From Myxococcota bacterium (GTDB lineage Bacteria; Myxococcota_A; Bradymonadia; UBA7976; UBA1532): a stretch of 59,016 nucleotides of DNA. The DNA lies in assembly GCA_036337435.1 (NCBI GenBank), contig JAYZEG010000088.1, positions 1 to 59,016 on the forward strand. Reading direction: 5' to 3'. A program made the translations under genes and the position numbers. Below, piece after piece: positions 49,201 through 57,100 of this stretch (within the stretch, counting starts at the first letter, position 1; every line of letters starts with the position of its first letter). The notes beneath the pieces are model-generated. The model saw nothing but the letters and a program-made list of their open reading frames with translations, was not told the DNA's origin and did no database searches.

Positions 49201-52200
49201 AGCGACACTGAGCTCCGTCTCTCCGCGTACACCAACAGCCACCGAAATTGAATCGATGACGGGTGCCTGATTGGGTGCCGGGTGGGGGAAATCAATCTCG
49301 GCATCCATCGTGGCCAGTCCACCAAATCCGTCATCGACTGTGACGGTCACTGTGTACGATCGATACACGTCGGTCGGATACTCATGAGCGGCTAATCCAT
49401 CCCCTCGAGTCTCAACATCGCTCCCGTCGCCCCAGTCAAATGAGTATGTCAACGGGTGCTCGTCGGAATCAAACGCGCCCACGAGAGCGGTGACAGTCCA
49501 GTCGCCCTCATTGATCAACCGGACAGATTCGATCACAGGGGACTGATTGTCTGGCGGCGGATCGATGACAACCAGTATTGGAACGGATGCCTGGCCTCCA
49601 CGGCCATCCTCGACTAAGACAACGACCAGGTATTGACCGAAATCTTCAAATTCGTGATTTGCGACACCTCCCGACGTTACCGTAACTGGCGTTTCATCGT
49701 GCCAATCGAAGGTATAGGTCAGCTGGTCGCCATCGGCATCCACGGCACTCGCTGCGATGGTGATTCGATGGCCCGTTTGGTCGATAATTCGTGCAAAATC
49801 GAAGACGGGAGGTTGATTGGGTGCAGGGGCTGGGAATTCCACCGCCAAAATGGCTGTATCTTCCCCACCAAATCCGTCTCGGACGGTGATGGTGATCTGA
49901 TAAGACACGCCCAATTGCTCTGCATACGTGTGCGTGGCAACCCCACCTGATTGTGTAACCGGGGCTGTGCCATCACCCCAATCGAATGTGTACGTGAGTT
50001 CGTGACCATCGGCATCGATTGCGTTGACCGCGACCGTCGTGCTGAAGCCATCTTCTTCAATAACAGCCGCCAGTTCAACCACAGGGGCTCCATTGGGCTC
50101 TGGTGCTTCGAACTCAAGGTCGAATTCTGTCTGTACAACGCCACCGCGAGAGTCGTCGACGATGACGCGGACCGTAACCAGACCGACCAGATCCGCAGCA
50201 TACGTGTGGCTCGCTACACCCCCGGGCGTTGATTCAGGCGGAGAGCCATCACCCCAGTCGAAGGTATACGATAAGGTGTCTCCATCCCGATCGCTGCCGG
50301 CAACAGCCAGTGTGTAGTGGCGTCCGTCTTGATTAACAATCTGTGCGAAATCAATGACCGGAGCCTGGTTTTCAGGGTGGGCTAAAAATTCGACATCAAC
50401 AGTGACAGCCGCTTGACCTCCTCGCCCATCGCTCGCCGTTATGGTCACGGAATAGGTTTGGTAGTCGCCGGGGAAACGATGGGCGGCGACCCCGGACCCT
50501 TGTACGGTGTCCGCAGTGCCATCATCCCATTGAAATCGGTAGCTCAGTGCATCCCCATCGGGATCGGTGGCATGGGTTGCAACCACAACCAAGAATCCAT
50601 CCTGGTTAATGACCTCGGCTTGGTCAAAACTGGGTGCTTGGTTGTCTGGTGGGGCTTGAAAAGAAATTGTTATCCGTTCCTCGACAAACCCACCATGAAT
50701 GTCCTCGACCAGCACCGAAACATCATAGTCTCTGAATATATCCTGTGGATATGTGTGTTCAATGACCCCAGCGTTGCGTTGGGTCGTCGTTCCATCTCCC
50801 CAAGTGACTGTATAGCTAAGCGGATCTCCGTCTGGATCGCTCGCGGAGATGGCGATCGTCACATCAAAAGCATCCTTCTCGATGGTTTGCACCAATTCGA
50901 TCTGGGGTACCTGATTTGCTGGAGGAGCGGCAAACGCGACGTCGACAGTTGCCTGGTCGACGCCCCCGTTGCCATCACGTACGGTGATGGTGATCGAATA
51001 CGCCCTGTACACGTCCCTCGGGTACGTATGCGCGGAGATGCCTGCTGAGTTTTGCGTATCGGCACTGCCGTCACCCCAATTGAATGTGTAGGTCAGATCG
51101 TCTCTATCAAGATCGGTCGCACCGGCTGCAACAGTGATGATAAAGTCGTCCTGGCTGACCAACTGCGCGATGTCTATCGTCGGTGCTCGATTTGGAGTGG
51201 GTGCTCTGAACTCAACGGTTTGCACCACTTGGTCCTGGCCACCTCGGCTGTCAGAGACGGTTACCGTGACGACATAAGCCTGGTGTACATGAGCGTATTG
51301 ATGAGTCGCTGTCCCTTCGTTGACGACAGTGACGGGGCCTCCATCGCCCCAGTCAAACGTGTACACTAACTGATCCCCATCCGGATCGGAGGCGGTCGCG
51401 ACTACGGTCGCTTCGAATTCAAGTTGTTCAGCAATGCGAATCGTCTCCACCACTGGCGGACGGTTGTCTGCCGGAGCAGCGAATTCGATGTTGATCTCGC
51501 CTTGGTCCTCGGCACCGTTTGGGTCTGTGGCCGATACGCGAACTTGGTAGGTATCAAATACATTTGCAGGGAAACGATGCGCAACAAATGCACCGGCCGA
51601 TGTATCGGGAAGCGTCCCATCGCCCCAATCGACCGTGTAGGTGATGGGATCTTCATCGGGGTCGAGTGCTTGAAGTCCAAGAACGACATTGAAGTCGTCT
51701 TGCTCAATAATGTGAATGCCACTCAACTCAGGGGCCTGATTCGCTGGGGGGGCGTCGAACTGGAGAACAACTTGCTGGTCGACAACGCCACCTCGGCCAT
51801 CGGCGGCTTCAATTGTCACTAATCTCAGTCCGACCGTGTCGGCTGGGTAGGCATGGGAACGGATAATCCCAAAACCGGATTCTAATGGCGACCCATCGTC
51901 CCAATTGTACGTGTATTCAAGTGGATCGCCATCGGGGTCGCTGGCCGCGGCCGCGATGATCACGTCCGTTCCATTTTGGTCTAGTACGGTCACGTAGTCG
52001 AAGGACGGGACTTGGTTTTCTGCCGGTGGTGTAAAGTCAAGATTGAGTGCTGTGGCTCGTCGCCCTCCGCGCCCATCAGATGCTGTGATGCGTATGAGGT
52101 AGGGGACGAAAGCATTCGGGTACGTGTGACTCACTATATTCGACCGGGTGACCGTCTGGTTTCCATCGCCCCACTCGACTTCATAGTCGATGGTATCACC

Positions 52201-52962
52201 ATCGGCATCGACGGCACTCATCGCAACCACGACTTCAAATGTTGAATCGTCCTGGGCGATGATGCGCGCTTCGTTGAAGTCAGGCACTTGGTTGTCCAGT
52301 TGTACCATTTGCGAGAAGGGGGCTTCTTCTCCGTCGGGGTGTCTTACGAATCCACTTATGATCGCCTGTTCGGTCCCGGCAGCAACATGAAAGTCGATAG
52401 AGTTTTGGCCTCCGCCTGCAAGTTCATATTGTCCATCTCCATCGACGTCGATGAAATATTCGAGGGCGGGATCAAAACGAGGTGCTACGAATTCTCGGGC
52501 GACGTCATATTGAATGCCGCCGGTCAGTTCGAAATGGACTGAGAAGAGCGTGTTCTCAGGTGTTGGACCCATTGGAACTTGACCGCTCAATGGTGCGCCA
52601 TCCAAGACCGATTGCTGTTGACTCACGCCTTGGATTAAACGGTCAATTATTCGCCTAAACGGTCCTGGGTTAGGCTGTCCATCTGGCTCCACGACGTAAT
52701 CGACAAAGACGAGCTGTTCCAAAGACGGGCTGGCACTGATACTCGCTCGATACCAGCCGTCGCCTAAGTTGGCTGATGTGATTGGTTCGGCGGGTATGAC
52801 GGGTGCCGATTGTTGATATTCGACCGTCCAAGTGACGTCAGGCTGCCCGTGCGCGGGCGCTGCGCATATCCCCAATATAAAGACGAAATTGGCTGTGCAT
52901 AGTCGACTTTTTCGGCGCACTTGTCTAGCGCAGGATGTCAACCCATTTAATGCCCGATTCAT
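46279..52962 (-). CDS. Giant PKD/Ig-repeat surface protein with MYXO-CTERM sorting signal
   Basis: GAGGGAG RBS before ATG 52962; signal peptide ending AHG; about 20 repeats N..P...A.D.DGD.L.Y..(W/F)GDG; C-terminus GC...TM helix...LKRRHL. Confidence 0.88.
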   Translation of the reverse strand: MNRALNGLTSCARQVRRKSRLCTANFVFILGICAAPAHGQPDVTWTVEYQQSAPVIPAEPITSANLGDGWYRASISASPSLEQLVFVDYVVEPDGQPNPGPFRRIIDRLIQGVSQQQSVLDGAPLSGQVPMGPTPENTLFSVHFELTGGIQYDVAREFVAPRFDPALEYFIDVDGDGQYELAGGGQNSIDFHVAAGTEQAIISGFVRHPDGEEAPFSQMVQLDNQVPDFNEARIIAQDDSTFEVVVAMSAVDADGDTIDYEVEWGDGNQTVTRSNIVSHTYPNAFVPYLIRITASDGRGGRRATALNLDFTPPAENQVPSFDYVTVLDQNGTDVIIAAAASDPDGDPLEYTYNWDDGSPLESGFGIIRSHAYPADTVGLRLVTIEAADGRGGVVDQQVVLQFDAPPANQAPELSGIHIIEQDDFNVVLGLQALDPDEDPITYTVDWGDGTLPDTSAGAFVAHRFPANVFDTYQVRVSATDPNGAEDQGEINIEFAAPADNRPPVVETIRIAEQLEFEATVVATASDPDGDQLVYTFDWGDGGPVTVVNEGTATHQYAHVHQAYVVTVTVSDSRGGQDQVVQTVEFRAPTPNRAPTIDIAQLVSQDDFIITVAAGATDLDRDDLTYTFNWGDGSADTQNSAGISAHTYPRDVYRAYSITITVRDGNGGVDQATVDVAFAAPPANQVPQIELVQTIEKDAFDVTIAISASDPDGDPLSYTVTWGDGTTTQRNAGVIEHTYPQDIFRDYDVSVLVEDIHGGFVEERITISFQAPPDNQAPSFDQAEVINQDGFLVVVATHATDPDGDALSYRFQWDDGTADTVQGSGVAAHRFPGDYQTYSVTITASDGRGGQAAVTVDVEFLAHPENQAPVIDFAQIVNQDGRHYTLAVAGSDRDGDTLSYTFDWGDGSPPESTPGGVASHTYAADLVGLVTVRVIVDDSRGGVVQTEFDLEFEAPEPNGAPVVELAAVIEEDGFSTTVAVNAIDADGHELTYTFDWGDGTAPVTQSGGVATHTYAEQLGVSYQITITVRDGFGGEDTAILAVEFPAPAPNQPPVFDFARIIDQTGHRITIAASAVDADGDQLTYTFDWHDETPVTVTSGGVANHEFEDFGQYLVVVLVEDGRGGQASVPILVVIDPPPDNQSPVIESVRLINEGDWTVTALVGAFDSDEHPLTYSFDWGDGSDVETRGDGLAAHEYPTDVYRSYTVTVTVDDGFGGLATMDAEIDFPHPAPNQAPVIDSISVAVGVRGETELSVAAFDPDGDALSYAVHWGDEAEDDATTAVPGGRAIHAYALPMDGAAYQGFVDVSDTAGNTTRGRFVTVIADQPTTIRGVEESLQGNGAASLNVVADDPDGNEFLLFSYDFDNDGEYEISNSVHAQANHQYSEPGEYRYRIRVQDSWSNAAIETVGELTIPEWRQDNREPIIDQLSIEIGPHGAASLSVQSRDPDGDALQYFVQWGDENEPDESEAFVNGIAEHQYAYRATLRPYEGRVRVIDTHGAFVEADFRAQIQDLPTRIDDLTTVHNEDNEYEVRVVASDADGASLTYAYDFQGDGVWDVDNSPSAVARHAYAEPGDYRLRVRVTDTWSGLSTIGTRNLRVSPWLQENRPPQFDGFELTQGPGGHVEIEFAVSDPDGDSIDSFVRWGDEDDPGARTRIIDADTDHRYAYRSPQVPYFGRLIIMDSRGAETHRDFTVESIDVPTEIRSFESERIREGTWLMRVNASDPDSEGGLRYSFDFDADGVWDLENSESPQIVHTFGAVGRRPVGIRVLDPWSNRHVDGVYVVGDDRVGTPNLPPQINSVAIDVAPGGVAKLRVDAFDPEGGELTVTADWGDGQNGQPDPVVGFEASHVYPYPVDGQQYDGRLFVTDASGLTAEHEFVVDVIDAPTRVDQVTLTVLRNGTVFVAVSASDPDTAQLEYAFDMNGDGLFEAAGLYLGEFVHEYEGGGTYEVVVAVTDPWSGTVKEVEQVFVLEPWLRSAPFADDHLEGEEGRCLVLRVAQGRVTSETGPAACERDQNPNPDDWRWDFGDGTVARGSEVGHIYPRDGIYSVAVTGGTPSQPIESVIEVLIVNVAPSFVTEPPEDAAGGETYFYTVEISDQGPQDEVQLELTGGPEEMDLVPLGGRKWQLSWDVPRLMDGSVEVELTASDGRTVDGVWRPDGGVTVQRYRLSIAPMIIPDAAPPEPDAYIPSFREIQGDKLGCISGQGDNAPLSIFALLIIMGFIRLKRRHL

Positions 52963-53116
52963 GGTGGCTCCCTCAGATGGCACACAGATACACGTTGAGA
53001 ATAGCGCAAAGTAATTGGTTGATTAAACTTGGATCGCGATCAGCCGGATAAGCGAAATCGGATTACGTTGGTCTAACTGAGTTTAGGCATACGCCTGGCC
53101 GGACACCGGTCTGGGC

Positions 53117-53668
53117 TCAATCGATGCTGGATGATTGCGGCTTTGCGAGCCGGTAAGATGCCAATAAGACCACCGCTCCGGGTGGCCCAAAAATCAGCAA
53201 ATCCATGAGAAACCCACGTGGGAGAAACGGCGCAACACCAGACTGATACTGGTCGAAGGTTCCGACGTAGAGCGTTTCGTGCCAGAAAAGACAGCAGTAA
53301 AGGATGAATAAGACCAATCCGATCGGAACGATTTTCGGGTACTGTGCACCCAAATAGTGGCCCGCACAAGATGCCGATACGATGGCGACGAGGAAAGCCG
53401 CATAGACGCCCGTCGATAAAATCGATGGATCGAATAGGTACTGCCAGTCCCAAGCCGGGTATGCTTGCAAGAAATATAGGCCCGGGACGCCCATCCCGAG
53501 TACGCCCGCGGTTAGGGCTAAGTCTATGCGTTGTCCTTGGCTTTTGGATCCGATCGCTGAACCCACAATGAATGCAGCGGATATGTCAAAAATAACCACG
53601 GTGATTACCCTCCTTTTGCGCCAGATTGCTTCTCCATTACGCGGCCTGCTGGCAAACTGCTTACTCAT
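53117..53668 (-). CDS. Hypothetical multi-pass membrane protein
   Basis: About 5 hydrophobic helices; YPAWDWQY motif; start position uncertain. Confidence 0.6.
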   Translation of the reverse strand: MSKQFASRPRNGEAIWRKRRVITVVIFDISAAFIVGSAIGSKSQGQRIDLALTAGVLGMGVPGLYFLQAYPAWDWQYLFDPSILSTGVYAAFLVAIVSASCAGHYLGAQYPKIVPIGLVLFILYCCLFWHETLYVGTFDQYQSGVAPFLPRGFLMDLLIFGPPGAVVLLASYRLAKPQSSSID

Positions 53669-54091
53669 TGGGAACAGACCCCGCAGTATCACATCTCGTA
53701 CACCCAATTACTAGGCAAGGATTTGAACAGACCCGTTTACGTGTCTTGAATTCCCCTAATGGGTCTTTTAAGCGTAGGTTTTCTTGGTTCAAGAAACCTG
53801 GATGAGTCAAACCGATCCAGCTGCAAAAAGTTACAATTACTGAATCCTTCGCGACGCTGCATGTATCTACTAAAAAACAGATTTCGGGACTGGTGGGTCA
53901 GTTAAAGATAAGTTACATACCTAAAATAAGACCTGGCAGTTTGAGATTTCATAAATAAAAAAAAGACTGTGAGTTTGTTTGTCTAGGCTCAAAAAATACA
54001 CTCTGATTGTTTATTTGATTGGATCTGGACTATTAGATAGAGTTAAGAAGTTCGCGAATTAGTTGGTTTGTTGGTACACTTACGAGTGGCA

Positions 54092-54107
54092 GGGCATATA
54101 TCTTGAT
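54092..54107 (+). promoter_or_regulatory. Possible variant sigma54 promoter (GG-N10-GA) of the giant + strand gene
   Basis: GGGCATATATCTTGAT, 28 nt before the GTG start, downstream of a long AT-rich region. Confidence 0.4.
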
Positions 54108-54135
54108 CGAGCACCCCAGTGGGGGGGAGGCACGA

Positions 54136-57100
54136 GTGAAAAAAAGAAATAGTGTGATAACACTTCGTTCGGGTAATCGCTTTGCGGTTGCCCTTTTCGC
54201 GTTTGCCGCGATTTTTATGGTCGCCGAGACCGCCAGTGCGCAGCTGCGAGTCAGCTCCATCGACTGGGTTCAAGGTCGACCGGAGATCCCGCATCCTGCG
54301 TTGAATAACCGAGCGACCATTCTCATGGCGATCGCGGAGGGCGGCAACTGCAACGGAAATTACCAATACCGTTGGGACATCAACGGCGATGGTGACTTCG
54401 ACGACGGGAATGAGCAGTGGCGCGGGACCAACTCAGGCGGGCATCGAAGCGGCTGGTGGGCTCCCCTCGGTCTCGAGATCACCTTCCCCGCTCAACCGGG
54501 TGATCGTCTATTCTATCCTAAAGTCGAGGTCGATTGTGCCGGCCAGCGTGCCTCTACTGTCGTACCGTATTTGGTACGAGTCGATCGAATGTGCCCCAAC
54601 TACCCCAACGACTTCAACGGTGGATGCCGCGCCGAGAAAGACGAAAACATCAAACTCACCCGACAGTACTACTACGACCGAATCGTCGACCGACTCATGT
54701 GGTGGATGTTTAACTCGACCAACCATTACAACGACGATGGCCGCCGAGGGGGCATACACGCCTGTGTTTACTGGGGTGGACCCGGCATGTACAACGTGGG
54801 TCACTACCTCAACGTCTTTCTCCGTCGTTCCCACGGCTACGGACCTGGACGAGATGTGGATGCCTATTACCGCCATGCGGTTTACTGCGGTCTAAACGCC
54901 CTCGTCGGCACGTACCACATGGCGGGTGGTGCTTGGTTTAACGACGACGGTGCTGATGGCTGGGACGGCTGGCGGATGTCCTACACCAATGCTCGTCTCG
55001 GTGGACACTGGGGTTGGGGTAGCTATGGCTCCACCGCTTGGGTCGAGCCTGTCGTAAACTACGGAAACGCAGATTATCGTGTGCCCGGTGGTGAAGGAAA
55101 TGTTCGAGGGCGGTCCTTACGTGACCTCGGAGGGGACCTTCGAGACGGTATATTGTATTGCATGGGTGGATCCGGGCAATGGTTCTATTCTTGTCGGTCA
55201 GACGGTCATCCGGACGCGTCCACCAACGGCTGGGCACCCGAATCAATGCGTATTCTGGGTCGTAAGTTCGGTATGAATACCTATGGCTGGGCTCGAGATC
55301 GCCAACGAAATTGGCTCAACGGCAACTGCAGTCACGGCTCAAACAATAACCATTATCTTTTCGGTTGCCGTTATCACGTCCATGGACCGGGTGGCATCGG
55401 CAAGCTCGCCGGCAATGCTTTGGTTGGGTATGGCTGGACACAGCTACAGGACTTTAACAATGACGCGGGCGGGGCACGCTGGCGAATGCGCGAGCACTGG
55501 ATTGCCGCGAGCCGCCTCGATAATGTCTGGCATGGCCTCTACTTCTTGTACGCGACCACGAAGGGCATGCGCTCCTTCGTGCCCGAGCTTTCCGAAATGG
55601 AAGGCGGTCGCGATTGGGCGACCGAATTCGCCCACTATCTTGTAACGCACCTGGTTGGCGACAACTATTCAAACTGGTGCGCTGGTGGGCCTTGGGGCTG
55701 TCATTGGTGCTGTCGCGGTTCATTCACATATTATAGTGGTACAGCCCTCACCGCACAGATGATTCAGACTTGGTTGGAAGCCCAAGCGATGGCGAGAGCG
55801 AACCCGCAATCGACCGGCCCCGGTATCCCCGTTACATTCGACCATTCTTGGAGCCATATCCTTGACCCATTGGTTACGTTAACTCGTTTCCGCTGGAACG
55901 TTATCGACAATGGAAATGAAGGCAATAACGGCCCAGGTTCAATGGTTTGGGATTTCGACACCGACGACGTCAGTGAAACATTCGAATACACTTTCTCAGC
56001 CAACCTCGGTTGGAGCGATGTCATCAACAAAAAGATCACTCTTGAGGTGACGGACAGTAATGGCAATACGGTCTACGACGACAAGTCGGTATCGATTACG
56101 CTGTCGCTGAAAAACCACAAACCGGTTGTGGTCGCCCATCCCGACGGCCGTGACGGCATCTATTCCGGCTACTTCGGCCAACGTTTCATGCTCGACGCGA
56201 GCCGCAGCTACGAGACCGACCAATGCATCCGCGATCCCGAGGATCCCAACCTACCCGGTGGCAGTGCGGAAGTCATCGAGCCCCCGGTGCCTTCGGATGT
56301 GCAGATTCAAGATTGTGATGCACTCGAAAATGAGATGAATCGCTGTTTGGACAATGCCGACCCGACCAATGTTAACGAGATTCTGGCGTGCGTGCAGATG
56401 CAATATACACTGCAAGATTGTCGCATGTTGGAAACTGAACTCTCTGGTTGTAATCCACTACAGGCGCAGATCGCAGCCTGTGAAGCCTTGCGCGAACTTG
56501 ATCCAGAAGAGGTCGAGGAAGACGTCGTAATTCCGGAGAATTGTGATCCGGAAGTCGCAGCTTATCAGCAATGCCGGGTTGACTCGGTGAACACCGTCAA
56601 CGCGACAATCGATGCGGCGAATTTGGCGGAATTCCAAGCGCAACAGGGCGGCGGGCCTGGTGGTGGTGAAGACGCTGACGGTAACTGCGGCGACCGGGAA
56701 GTCTTCCCGGGTGATGGCGGTAAGCCACGCGGCATTCCTGACAAAATCACGAGCATTTGCTTCGACACCAACTTCAATAACCGGTGGTGTGAAGCGGGCG
56801 AAATCCAATACTTATGGCCGGACGGTGCAGCTGAGCCAACGCACAATGACCCGGTGGAATTCGTGCCACGCGCTGGGATGGGCGAAGGCGACATCATCGG
56901 TGTGCCTGTTCGTGTATGCGACGACGGGCGTTGGAACGGAAAGTGCTATCAAAATGGCGATGGAGCGCCAGGACACTTGACACGGGGAGATTGCTCGGAA
57001 TGTGGTTACGGCACCGCATCGTTGCAGGTGATCAACAATACGACCGCACCCGAACTCACACTCTCGGATCCGCCTGCAGAGCCTGCAAAGGGCCGTCTCA

